A stretch of DNA of 64,000 nucleotides, taken from IMG/VR virus record IMGVR_UViG_3300009709_000001, positions 317,336-381,335 of that record; one strand, written 5' to 3'. Both the position numbers and the translations under genes were made by a program. The DNA comes from a virus. Lineage: Duplodnaviria > Heunggongvirae > Uroviricota > Caudoviricetes. The notes under the pieces were generated by a model that saw only the letters and a list, made by a program, of their open reading frames with translations, did no database searches and was not told where the DNA came from. This document shows positions 15,697 through 24,128 of this stretch, piece after piece (position 1 is the stretch's first letter; each line of letters starts with the position of its first letter).

Positions 15697-16305
15697 TTAG
15701 TCGGAATCCTTATTACTGGGTTCCCGAAGGCGTTGCCTGGGTACATTCACCACATGGATGAGATGCTCGGGCCAATCCACATAGTATGCCCATTCCGGTT
15801 CACGAATTTGAAGTGGCATCGTTTTCTTCTTTGCCAGTATCTCGTAGTAAGTCGGAACATGCGGCATCTTCTTAGGAACAATCTTTGCATTGTCGCCCTT
15901 GGTGCTGTTACAGTCCTTGCAAGCGGTGCAAATATTTTTCCAGTTGGATTTACCACCCATAGACGCAGGGACTACGTGGTCCAGCGTGAGCTCATTCACT
16001 TTGGCTTTTCCGCGGTTTTCCTTGCAATGCTTAGTGATTTGCAGCTGGCACGTGTAGTCGTCACGCAGGTAAATGTTGCCACGTGAATACTTCACCTTCT
16101 TATCCCATGAAACGTGCTTGACCATCATGACAATAGAAGGTACCTTGATCTCAAGCTTTTGAGACTTGATAACCCAGTCGTCGTATTCCTTAACAACCCT
16201 AACCTTACCATTATAGAGCATGTGCAATGCTCGTGCGGCAGGAATCACTGAGAAAGGACTCAGTGACATCGGTTGGCCGTCGGCATTAAGCAGTAATGTA
16301 TCCAT
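15697..16305 (-). CDS. HNH endonuclease (202 aa, McrA-like core)
   Basis: LTLDHVVPASMGGKSNWKNICTACKDCNSTKG. Confidence 0.75.
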   Translation of the reverse strand: MDTLLLNADGQPMSLSPFSVIPAARALHMLYNGKVRVVKEYDDWVIKSQKLEIKVPSIVMMVKHVSWDKKVKYSRGNIYLRDDYTCQLQITKHCKENRGKAKVNELTLDHVVPASMGGKSNWKNICTACKDCNSTKGDNAKIVPKKMPHVPTYYEILAKKKTMPLQIREPEWAYYVDWPEHLIHVVNVPRQRLREPSNKDSD

Positions 16306-16380
16306 AAAGCACCATTATAGTTAGGGAGTTTTAATTCTTGTACCAGTATACGGGAACGTATACTGAAAGGTTAATTGGAG

Positions 16381-16611
16381 TTATCCAATTAATTCAAGGT
16401 AGTCTTGAAATTCGGGCGGGAGTCCGCGTAGACGAAGAGCAACAGCATCTTCTTGTTTTTCGAAATCGACAGTCATGGCATTACGTTCGACTTTATAGAC
16501 GACTTGTTGCTCACAAATCTGATCTACCCAATCCTTGAAGAATAATTCAACTAATAATTTCTTATCAGTCTCGATATTCTCTTTAGTCTTGAATAGTATG
16601 GATGTTCGCAC
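16381..16611 (-). CDS. hypothetical protein (76 aa)
   Basis: ORF track (TTG at 16614); GTG at 16611 has AGGAG 7 nt upstream; FEKQEDAVALRLRG is a weak EEDA-helix match. Confidence 0.5.
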   Translation of the reverse strand: MRTSILFKTKENIETDKKLLVELFFKDWVDQICEQQVVYKVERNAMTVDFEKQEDAVALRLRGLPPEFQDYLELIG

Positions 16612-16643
16612 CAATAGTCTCCTATTGATGCTATTTATCCTTA

Positions 16644-16931
16644 TCAGGATGGAGAAATGAGAAGCTTTAGATTTATGGCCGAAATAACAGCCTCGGCTTC
16701 GATGCGATATGCATCTCTTTGCTCTGCATCGTTATCTGTTGTACCATTCCACAAGGAATCGAATACACGATCCTTTGCATCATCTAGTGCATTGGTCGGA
16801 AGCCTTTTTAAGCTTTCACCAATCATTTGACCAAGTGCCTTGGTTACGTCCCTGTCCCATCGAGTGCGTGCAATCTTCTTTGCAACGAAATCGATAAATT
16901 CTTGATCTGTTGGGAGTAGGTATCCTGACAT
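16644..16931 (-). CDS. hypothetical protein (95 aa)
   Basis: ORF track; 1-nt overlap upstream. Confidence 0.55.
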   Translation of the reverse strand: MSGYLLPTDQEFIDFVAKKIARTRWDRDVTKALGQMIGESLKRLPTNALDDAKDRVFDSLWNGTTDNDAEQRDAYRIEAEAVISAINLKLLISPS

Positions 16932-17122
16932 TAATTCTTTTCCTTAGGTGTATGTTCGACTAGCCATGTAGTCGTATCGCGATAAATTCCCCTGATCGCG
17001 AATTTGGTAAATCCGTCTTCATCTAATACATGATCCCACCAACATGGTAGAAGTATCGAAAGAAGAATAACTCCGAAAGCGAGTCTAATGACTAGCCCTT
17101 CGGTGTGTGTTCTGTTAGCCAC
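16931..17122 (-). CDS. small membrane protein (63 aa), paralog of 17092..17298
   Basis: TM LAFGVILLSILLPCWW; C-terminus WLVEHTPKEKN matches WLTEHTPKG of its neighbour. Confidence 0.55.
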   Translation of the reverse strand: MANRTHTEGLVIRLAFGVILLSILLPCWWDHVLDEDGFTKFAIRGIYRDTTTWLVEHTPKEKN

Positions 17123-17298
17123 TTACAGATGTCCTTATTTATTTCAGAGATCCGCAAGGCCATGCTATCTACGAAATAGGAAAACTGCTTTTGATGCACA
17201 GCCGCACGTTGGGAAGATGCGGGGTCGTAATACCACACACCGAACAAAAACATGGACCACACACCGAACAAAAACATGGCAACTAGAAAGTATTTCAT
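17092..17298 (-). CDS. small membrane protein (68 aa), paralog of 16931..17122
   Basis: Trimmed to MKYFLVAMFLFGVW...; contains a 24-bp in-frame tandem duplication. Confidence 0.55.
   Translation of the reverse strand: MKYFLVAMFLFGVWSMFLFGVWYYDPASSQRAAVHQKQFSYFVDSMALRISEINKDICKWLTEHTPKG
17233..17279. repeat. 24-bp period tandem duplication (2 copies) inside a TM segment
   Basis: ccacacaccgaacaaaaacatgg at 17233-17255 and 17257-17279; encodes the duplicated FGVW(S/Y)MFL-type segment. Confidence 0.85.
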
Positions 17299-17299
17299 A

Positions 17300-17800
17300 T
17301 CAATAGTCGTAAGATCTGTCGGGATCGAAACCGTACTCAAGAACAATTGCAGTACGTTCCGGAGGAGTTAGGCCCCATTTGCCCTCTGCAAAACTGCGGG
17401 CGTTAAGCAACGAAATATTTGCTTTTAGCGCGTGTAAATCTGCAATTTTACGCGAGTTAAGCGCGCTGTAATAATGCCGCGCTATGTTGAGCTCACGCGC
17501 ATTTGCGTTGACCCAAATCGCGGTTGTTGTGTTGGGATTGGCTTTGACATATTCGTTGAGCAGCTCAACTGCATCGCCGTAATACGGTTCTTCGACTCGG
17601 CAAATCTGTGGAGTGTCACCATTGGGCAACTCAACCCAATAACGTGTACCTGAACCACCTGCGCCCAAAGGAATGTTATATTCCTCCGAACGAATGGTCA
17701 GAATCTTGTTCATTTCCAGCTCTGTGAACTTGGGAGTTATGCTTTCCAGCGCAACATCCTCTCTCACGAACAACGGAGCATTTTCAAGGCGTTGTAACAC
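17300..17800 (-). CDS. hypothetical protein (166 aa)
   Basis: ORF track. Confidence 0.55.
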   Translation of the reverse strand: MLQRLENAPLFVREDVALESITPKFTELEMNKILTIRSEEYNIPLGAGGSGTRYWVELPNGDTPQICRVEEPYYGDAVELLNEYVKANPNTTTAIWVNANARELNIARHYYSALNSRKIADLHALKANISLLNARSFAEGKWGLTPPERTAIVLEYGFDPDRSYDY

Positions 17801-18218
17801 TTTTATCCTTGCATTGAAGACCAGTGATATCCGGATACACCTTTACAAACTTGTCATCAGCAATATCACCGATAAACCAAGTATTGTTCGAAGTTTTGTA
17901 GAAGTTGATACCTTCAACAAAGTACCACCCGATCAACTTATCCGGCTCACTGGTATCGTTGAACAACAGGAAGAAGGCACGTTCACGTGCACCGTCAACA
18001 CAGACCTTGGACATACGTGCATACGGTCGCACCATTGCATCGAGCATTTGTTGCGTGGTAGGCTTTTCCACAGGTTCGGCTGCTGGTTGTTCAACTGCCG
18101 ATGCAGCAGCTTCTACCTTGGCCACTTCCTTAGGCTTATCATCAGAGCAGCCGCTCATAGCGGCAGTCACCAATGCAACATTGAGTGCGGTAAGGATGAT
18201 TGTTTTTAACGGCTTCAT
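17784..18218 (-). CDS. lipoprotein (144 aa)
   Basis: Trimmed to MKPLKTIILTALNVALVTAAMSGC (lipobox-like AMSGC). Confidence 0.6.
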   Translation of the reverse strand: MKPLKTIILTALNVALVTAAMSGCSDDKPKEVAKVEAAASAVEQPAAEPVEKPTTQQMLDAMVRPYARMSKVCVDGARERAFFLLFNDTSEPDKLIGWYFVEGINFYKTSNNTWFIGDIADDKFVKVYPDITGLQCKDKSVTTP

Positions 18219-18230
18219 ATATCTCGTAAG

Positions 18231-18252
18231 AATGGGGCATTTCTGCCCCATT
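18231..18252 (-). terminator. 9-bp hairpin after VWA gene (weak T tract)
   Basis: aatggggca-tttc-tgccccatt, 4 nt downstream of the stop of 18257..19456. Confidence 0.45.
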
Positions 18253-18256
18253 GTGT

Positions 18257-19456
18257 TTACCTATTGTTTTGGGGCGAATGGTTGTCCGGCTCGTACCAAG
18301 CAGTCATACCAAACGGTGCGACCAGCCGTCGTTGCGTATCGCCGTGGATGAGGAACAGAGTGTCGCAGTAATTCTCGTCACCCCAGCTACCGCAAGGATA
18401 GCCGTCAGTCATCACGATGAAGCGTTCCGGCATCACATCATTTTCCTTCATGTAATCCCAGTTCACTGTGAAGTCGGTACCGCCACCACCCTTCAGATCG
18501 TAGGTATCGATGTCATCGATATTTTCCGGCGTAAAGATCTGCGGGTTGTAAACGCGAGTGTCGAATGTCCAAACGGTAAGCTTGAAGTCCATGAACTGTT
18601 CCATGATGCCCTTGACTTCGCCGAGCAAGTCACGCAGCATGTCTTCAGACATAGAACCCGATGCGTCAATTGCCACAGCGGCCTCGACACGTACATCTTC
18701 CTTCGTACCCGGCAGGTAGATGCCGCTCGACTGAGACTTACGCGAGCAGCGACTCCAGGTGAAGTCATTGCGAATCATCGACTGAATCTTCATGTTCAGG
18801 ATTTCACGCCAATCCATCTGCGGATTGGTCAAATCCTTCAGCATGCGCTTCACACCTGCAGGCACATTGCCAGCGCCAGCTGCCTTCGAAGCTTGCATCA
18901 CGGCAGCACGGATCTCGTCGCCCAGGATACGGCGTTCTTCCTCTGTCATCGGCTCACCCTTGCCATCGCCTGGCTCCAAGTGGATGTCGAATTCGGGGAA
19001 CTTCTGGCTCGGGTCCTTCATTAGGGCTTCGTACACTTCTTCAGCGAACATACCCTTGAACTTGGGATCGAAGCAGGCAGTCACACCAGATGTCTTGGGG
19101 TCGGGGATCTTACCGACACTGTTCTCGTGGAGTTCCCAGTTGATGACGTAGTCGGCAGCAGCGTTCCAAGCCTTCGGCTTACGCGAACCACGACGACCCA
19201 TGTGGTCATAGACGCAGTGTTCCACTTCGTGCGCAACCAAGAAAATCGTTTCTTGTTTGTTCAACTTCAGAATGAAGTTGCGATTGAAGTAGAAACTGCG
19301 ACCATCGGTGGCAGCAGTGGGGCACCAGCCATCGGGATCGTCGGTAGCGTCCTTCAGAATCAAGCGAGTGGCCAACGTGCCCCAGAACGGCTGTTGCAGA
19401 AGAAGAGAGATGCGTGCTCGCGTCAGCTGTTCAAATGCTTTTTCCTGATCGGTCAT
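18257..19456 (-). CDS. VWA-domain protein with N-terminal HExxH metallopeptidase-like region (MoxR partner, CobT-like)
   Basis: AHEVEHCVYDH (HExxH) and MIDAS AIDASGSMS (DxSxS); GC-rich; own promoter and hairpin. Confidence 0.8.
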   Translation of the reverse strand: MTDQEKAFEQLTRARISLLLQQPFWGTLATRLILKDATDDPDGWCPTAATDGRSFYFNRNFILKLNKQETIFLVAHEVEHCVYDHMGRRGSRKPKAWNAAADYVINWELHENSVGKIPDPKTSGVTACFDPKFKGMFAEEVYEALMKDPSQKFPEFDIHLEPGDGKGEPMTEEERRILGDEIRAAVMQASKAAGAGNVPAGVKRMLKDLTNPQMDWREILNMKIQSMIRNDFTWSRCSRKSQSSGIYLPGTKEDVRVEAAVAIDASGSMSEDMLRDLLGEVKGIMEQFMDFKLTVWTFDTRVYNPQIFTPENIDDIDTYDLKGGGGTDFTVNWDYMKENDVMPERFIVMTDGYPCGSWGDENYCDTLFLIHGDTQRRLVAPFGMTAWYEPDNHSPQNNR

Positions 19457-19483
19457 AAATTTCCTTATTTGTTGCTTAATTAC

Positions 19484-19513
19484 ACTGTAGCATCACCATT
19501 GACGGACTGTCAA
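19484..19513 (-). promoter_or_regulatory. sigma70-type promoter TTGACA-18-TACAGT
   Basis: Minus strand cccTTTGACAgtccgtcaatggtgatgcTACAGTgtaat; AAGGA before ATG 19456. Confidence 0.6.
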
Positions 19514-19731
19514 AGGGTAGCAAACTTGAGTGCGAAGAGTGTGGCTGTCTCTTCATTCTCAAACTCAATATATGGTGTCCCAAAATGGTCAATCATTCCG
19601 TACTCTGCCTTCATTTTTCTCCAGAACTCCTTAACCTCTTCAGAATCAATATCACCATTGGTTCCATAGATGCTGACATAGTTATTCCAGGCTTTGCCAA
19701 ATTGACCTTCGTATACATTCACGAGATGCAT
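19510..19731 (-). CDS. EEDA-helix small protein family member (73 aa)
   Basis: C-terminus YIEFENEETATLFALKFATL. Confidence 0.6.
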   Translation of the reverse strand: MHLVNVYEGQFGKAWNNYVSIYGTNGDIDSEEVKEFWRKMKAEYGMIDHFGTPYIEFENEETATLFALKFATL

Positions 19732-19741
19732 TTTATTCTTA

Positions 19742-19963
19742 TTATGTCCATTTTAGGAGGAAGATTGTTACATCCTCCTCGGTTTCAAATTCGAGTTTAT
19801 GTCGATCAACAACTCTGATACATTTGATGTCTCTGAATGCTCGTTCAAGGCCTCCTTTGCCATCGAATTGAACTTGATCGACAAAGTTAGACCATGCGTT
19901 ATTATTCTTTTCGGAGGCCTTGGGACCGGTAACAGTTAGGTATCGAGACATTATACTGACCAC
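19742..19963 (-). CDS. EEDA-helix small protein family member (73 aa)
   Basis: C-terminus LEFETEEDVTIFLLKWT. Confidence 0.6.
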   Translation of the reverse strand: MVSIMSRYLTVTGPKASEKNNNAWSNFVDQVQFDGKGGLERAFRDIKCIRVVDRHKLEFETEEDVTIFLLKWT

Positions 19964-20169
19964 CTCAGAAGAAATGCAGTTGCATCCTCATCTTCTTCAA
20001 ATTCAATATATGGTGTGTCCCACAAATTATGTCCACCGAATTTTGCCAACTCTTCGAAGATGTCGTAGTAGGGTGTCGGACTATTTTCCGAAATATAATC
20101 ACGAAATCTTAACCATTCGGTTCGGTGTAAACCACCATTGACTATATCTAATCTTGTTGTCATGCCCAT
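19951..20169 (-). CDS. EEDA-helix small protein family member (72 aa)
   Basis: C-terminus YIEFEEDEDATAFLLRWSV. Confidence 0.6.
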   Translation of the reverse strand: MGMTTRLDIVNGGLHRTEWLRFRDYISENSPTPYYDIFEELAKFGGHNLWDTPYIEFEEDEDATAFLLRWSV

Positions 20170-20357
20170 CTGAGCTTGAAGATCAATTCCTGTTCTTCAG
20201 ACTGGAACGGAATTTTTAGCCAATTAATATTCGTACCTAGGTTGAATTGTCGACCTTGATCAACTAACCAGGCCTCGTATTCAAGGCCAGTACCGCCAAT
20301 ATACTTACGAAAATAATCATAAGCATTTTCGAAATAGGGTTGTATCGGGAGTGCCAT
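20160..20357 (-). CDS. EEDA-helix small protein family member (65 aa)
   Basis: C-terminus IPFQSEEQELIFKLRWA. Confidence 0.6.
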   Translation of the reverse strand: MALPIQPYFENAYDYFRKYIGGTGLEYEAWLVDQGRQFNLGTNINWLKIPFQSEEQELIFKLRWA

Positions 20358-20418
20358 AATTTATATCATATATTTTAACAAAATTAGTTATAGTCTGCAA
20401 GATATAAACATAAATACT

Positions 20419-21405
20419 ATGGTAAATGTATTCTATAAGGAATTTCTAAAGATGAAGACACACAAATGCGAAAATATGACTTGCCAGAATAAATCCGAAA
20501 AGGATAAGTACGGCAATTATAAAAGATACTGCTCGGATGAATGCAAAAAGGTATCGAGATTATTAAAATTCAAAGAAACATATCAACATAAAGATATGGG
20601 TGCAATATTACAAAAACGAAAAGATACATTATTGTCTAAGTATGGTGTCGAGAACGCAGCATGTATATCTGAGGTCAAAGAAAAACTGCGTATAACCACT
20701 ACTAATACCGCGCAAATCCGCACAATAAAAACTAAAGAGACAAACTTAGCACGTTACGGCGTTGAGAGTACAAATTCCCTTGAGTCTGTTCAAGAGAAGA
20801 AAAAGCAAACCTTACTTGAAAGGTACGGCGTAGATCATCAACTTAAAATACCAGGAGTAGCTGCCGAAGTTTCGAAGAAGAATTCGGAAAATGCTAAGGA
20901 GCGACTAGTAAAGTCGAAGAAGACCAATCTTGAAAGATATGGATGTGAAAATCCATCTGCAAACGAAGATATCAAACTCAAAAGAACTGCAACTATGATT
21001 GAACGGTTCGGTGTAGAGAATGCATCGCAGAATGCTAAGGTTCAGTCGAAAAAAGTCAGGGCCGGCTTTAAGACTAAAAAATATACTTTCCCGTCCGGAA
21101 GAATAGACCATGTCCAAGGATATGAACCTTTGGCACTCAGTCAACTTTTACAGGAGGGATATCAAGAAAATGACATTATTACGCTTGATGAATTGATGCC
21201 GGAACTATGGTATCATGAATCGGATGGATCTAAGCGCAGATATTTCCCAGATATTTATATCCCGAAAGAAAATCTATTAATCGAAGTTAAATCCGAATAT
21301 ACTTATCGCGGATTTATTGGTTGGCTAATAACCAACCAATTAAAAGAGCAATGTGCCAGAGATGCTGGATTTAATTATCGACTAATGATAATGGTAAAGA
21401 AATAA
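20419..21405 (+). CDS. repeat-rich PD-(D/E)xK-like homing endonuclease candidate (328 aa)
   Basis: Five ~35-aa modules (KYGVENAAC, RYGVESTNS, RYGVDHQLK, RYGCENPSA, RFGVENASQ); C-terminal YFPDIYIPKENLLIEVKSEYT (D...ExK); AT-rich, antisense to the gene array; alternative start at 20452. Confidence 0.55.
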   Translation: MVNVFYKEFLKMKTHKCENMTCQNKSEKDKYGNYKRYCSDECKKVSRLLKFKETYQHKDMGAILQKRKDTLLSKYGVENAACISEVKEKLRITTTNTAQIRTIKTKETNLARYGVESTNSLESVQEKKKQTLLERYGVDHQLKIPGVAAEVSKKNSENAKERLVKSKKTNLERYGCENPSANEDIKLKRTATMIERFGVENASQNAKVQSKKVRAGFKTKKYTFPSGRIDHVQGYEPLALSQLLQEGYQENDIITLDELMPELWYHESDGSKRRYFPDIYIPKENLLIEVKSEYTYRGFIGWLITNQLKEQCARDAGFNYRLMIMVKK

Positions 21406-21432
21406 AAAAGCCCGGTTTAACCGGGCTTTTTG
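21405..21432. terminator. bidirectional rho-independent terminator
   Basis: aaaaagcccgg-tttaa-ccgggcttttt between convergent genes 20419..21405 (+) and 21484..22710 (-). Confidence 0.8.
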
Positions 21433-21483
21433 TTGATAACTTACTTTGCAAAGGCGTTGTAAGTCATTGATTTTAAAGGATTT

Positions 21484-22710
21484 TCAGTCCTCGAGGATGA
21501 ACTTGCCGTACTTGTCGTGGAACGACTTGAACTGCTTCAGCTCACGGTGGTTGATCGGCAACGAATAGTCCCGCAGCGCGGTCTTGGCTCCCAGAACGAT
21601 CATCTCAGTCTGGAAGTTGTCCATCATGAACTTGAAGAAGTGGTCCACGCACTCGTGCCATTGCTTCATGTCGAAGCCGTCGCCATCGCCCTTGCCGTTG
21701 TTCTGCTTGGCCTTCAGCGACCATTCCTGCAGCGTGTAGCAGAGGCTGATGGTCAGCGAGTACATGGCAGACAGGTCCTTGACGTTCAGCGTCTTTTCCT
21801 TGCCCATCAGCACGTCTTCCGACTTCGGCATCTTCGCCGCAACGCGACGGTGTGCAGTGAACTCGGTAGCGTTGCCTTCACCGACGGTACCTGCCACGAG
21901 GGAGGTGTTCATCGATTCCGGCAGGCTGTCGCTGATCAGCTGGGACACGAAAGTCCAGGAACGCGGCGTAGCGAACGCCTTGTCCGGCGACTTCGGATCG
22001 AAGTCGAACAGCTTCTGCTTGTGGTGCGACAGGAAGCCCACAACGTCCGGGTGAACCTTGGCGCCGATCGCCCACTTCTGCCAGTCTTCGAAGTTCGAAG
22101 TCATCTCGATGTGAACCAGACGGTTTGCCAGCGGGCTGGGCATACGGTAGGTCACGCCCTTGTCGCTGTCGCGGTTACCAGCGCACAGCATGGACACGCC
22201 ATCGGGCAGGTGGTATTCGCCGACACGACGGTTCAGGATGAGCTGGTAAGCAGCAGCCTGCACGCTCGGAGGAGCAGCGTTGATTTCGTCCAGGAACAGG
22301 ATCGCGTTGCTCATGTCGTAAGCGGCGCGGATCGACAGGGCGTATTCGCGAGCAGTTTCAGCTTCTTCGCTGACGTCCTTCTCGTCGAACTTGGCCGCAG
22401 CGGCCTCTGCCTTCTCGACGTCCTTCTTCTTGATGGACTTCGGCAGGTCGGCAGGATGTGCCCACTTCATGGTCTTGGTCTCGACGTCGAAGTAGGGGAT
22501 GCCCTTGATGTCAGTCGGTTCGAGCAGCAGCAAGCGCATGTCGATCACCTTGCGACCGGCCTTTGCGCCGATTTCAGCGATCAGTTCCGATTTGCCAATG
22601 CCCGGGGGACCCCAGATCATTGCGGGGCGGCGCACTTCCATGCAGCGCTCCAGAAGAGTCTTGACGTCCTTCGGACGTTCTTGACGGGAAGTAGAATGAT
22701 TTGCAGCCAT
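21484..22710 (-). CDS. MoxR-type AAA+ ATPase (CobS-like, 408 aa)
   Basis: Walker A GPPGIGKS, Walker B ILFLDEINAA; GC-rich; own promoter and terminator. Confidence 0.85.
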   Translation of the reverse strand: MAANHSTSRQERPKDVKTLLERCMEVRRPAMIWGPPGIGKSELIAEIGAKAGRKVIDMRLLLLEPTDIKGIPYFDVETKTMKWAHPADLPKSIKKKDVEKAEAAAAKFDEKDVSEEAETAREYALSIRAAYDMSNAILFLDEINAAPPSVQAAAYQLILNRRVGEYHLPDGVSMLCAGNRDSDKGVTYRMPSPLANRLVHIEMTSNFEDWQKWAIGAKVHPDVVGFLSHHKQKLFDFDPKSPDKAFATPRSWTFVSQLISDSLPESMNTSLVAGTVGEGNATEFTAHRRVAAKMPKSEDVLMGKEKTLNVKDLSAMYSLTISLCYTLQEWSLKAKQNNGKGDGDGFDMKQWHECVDHFFKFMMDNFQTEMIVLGAKTALRDYSLPINHRELKQFKSFHDKYGKFILED

Positions 22711-22751
22711 GTGTTCTCCAGTTGGCGGGGTTAAAATTGCGTTGTGTCTGT

Positions 22752-22780
22752 ATTATGTCTGCATGCAACGAATGAGTCAA
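22752..22780 (-). promoter_or_regulatory. sigma70-type promoter TTGACT-17-CATAAT
   Basis: Minus strand gccgtTTGACTcattcgttgcatgcagaCATAATacag; ~40-nt leader with GGAGA before ATG 22710. Confidence 0.7.
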
Positions 22781-22806
22781 ACGGCAAATGCAGGTACTTG
22801 GGGAAA

Positions 22807-23478
22807 TTAAGAATAATGACCACCTTTTAGGATTTTCATAATTCGAATTTGGTCTGCTTCGTATTTGGCCTGTGCAGCCTCGAAGTCTTCATCGGCCCAT
22901 TGTTGGGCAAGGCTGGGCCAATCTTCCAAAAAGATAATTACATCCCAGCCCCATTCTTCGTTACCACCTCCCCCACTGGAAGTTTTAATTCCAACAAAGT
23001 TGAGGAGATTACTCATCGGGTAAGAACCAAAATTGGTAGTACGGCTTAGGGAACCTCGACAATAACCAGTCCACCCGGGATAACCGGTAGGTTTGTTCTT
23101 ATCTTGAGCACACCAATTCATGAGTCCCCAATCAGGACGTACATGAGAATTTGATGCATGCTTAAATGATGACATATCGAGCTTGATATTTGATATGTCA
23201 TCATTTGCGTGGAAAAAGTCTCCCCACTTGCCAGCCCTAATTGTATTACACCAATCCATAAGTTGTTTCTGGTGCTTTTGAATCCAGGGGCAGATTTCAT
23301 GAAGGTAACTTACTTCTTTCTTCAGTTCGCGAAGTTCCTTCAGAATGTTCGATACAGTCTTTTCGTACCTTGCTTGTGCTACCCGTTTCTTACGGAGTTC
23401 AAGAAGGTGTTCACCATATTCAGCTCTATCTGTGAATATAGAACCAGTGAAAGGACATTTATTAACGATGATTCTCAT
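22807..23478 (-). CDS. hypothetical protein (223 aa)
   Basis: ORF track; no motif recognised. Confidence 0.55.
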   Translation of the reverse strand: MRIIVNKCPFTGSIFTDRAEYGEHLLELRKKRVAQARYEKTVSNILKELRELKKEVSYLHEICPWIQKHQKQLMDWCNTIRAGKWGDFFHANDDISNIKLDMSSFKHASNSHVRPDWGLMNWCAQDKNKPTGYPGWTGYCRGSLSRTTNFGSYPMSNLLNFVGIKTSSGGGGNEEWGWDVIIFLEDWPSLAQQWADEDFEAAQAKYEADQIRIMKILKGGHYS

Positions 23479-23749
23479 ATTTCAATTTAAAAATCGTTGC
23501 ATGTTCTTCATGAAGAAAATAGAATGAGAATTCGTATCTCCAGACTACATCTTTTGACCAACACCAATCGTCACCAAACTGCTCGTCACAATAGTCGAAT
23601 ATTTCATTAAATTTTAGTCCCGGGACATTGTCAAAAGAGACTTTTGTCCAATCTTGCACCTTTTCTTGCCAATTGTCGGATGTAAGTTCGAATTTAGCAA
23701 CCTTCCGAGCAAGGCTCAGGGCCTTAATATCGGCCATCGTATAACTCAT
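23462..23749 (-). CDS. EEDA-helix small protein family member (95 aa)
   Basis: C-terminus FYFLHEEHATIFKLKYENHR. Confidence 0.55.
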   Translation of the reverse strand: MSYTMADIKALSLARKVAKFELTSDNWQEKVQDWTKVSFDNVPGLKFNEIFDYCDEQFGDDWCWSKDVVWRYEFSFYFLHEEHATIFKLKYENHR

Positions 23750-24087
23750 TTAACCTTCCCGGCTAAGACTTCCCACATCAACTTAGCTTCGGCCTCTTCG
23801 ATAAACGAGGGCCAGATCTCTAAAAGCTTTTCAGGCGAAATTTTGACATAGCCCTTGCGTAGTTTGCTCTCACGCAGCTTGTTTAGGTCATGACCCGTAA
23901 TATCCGCCTTAAACTGCATGGCTTTGCCCCTGCGTCCCCAGAATATGCAGCAGTTATAGCCCCAGTCTTTAGTAGTCCATGCAGCCGCATCGGGTGTGGG
24001 GCGCAAGAAGTAACCCCAGATCTTGTCCGAATTTCCCTCTTGGCACCAACCAATAAACACAAATTCTGTAGTCATAGTGTTATTCAA
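23746..24087 (-). CDS. WGR-domain protein (113 aa)
   Basis: NSDKIWGYF ... FWGRRGKAMQFK ... KLRKGYVKI matches the WGR pattern (recalled from PARP/MolR-type proteins). Confidence 0.6.
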   Translation of the reverse strand: MNNTMTTEFVFIGWCQEGNSDKIWGYFLRPTPDAAAWTTKDWGYNCCIFWGRRGKAMQFKADITGHDLNKLRESKLRKGYVKISPEKLLEIWPSFIEEAEAKLMWEVLAGKVK

Positions 24088-24128
24088 TAGTCATAAGATA
24101 AATATAGTTTAGCAGGAGAATAGAAATT

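Noticed and set aside
15610-16086. 158-aa plus-strand ORF overlapping the HNH gene 15697..16305
   Set aside because: It is antisense to a gene with a clear HNH motif and begins in the terminator region. It has no RBS.
21517-22734. 405-aa plus-strand ORF antisense to the MoxR ATPase gene
   Set aside because: Its translation is Arg/Val/His/Leu-rich and low-complexity, with no RBS. It is the typical stop-poor shadow frame of a GC-rich gene. The minus-strand frame has Walker A/B motifs, a promoter, an RBS and a terminator.
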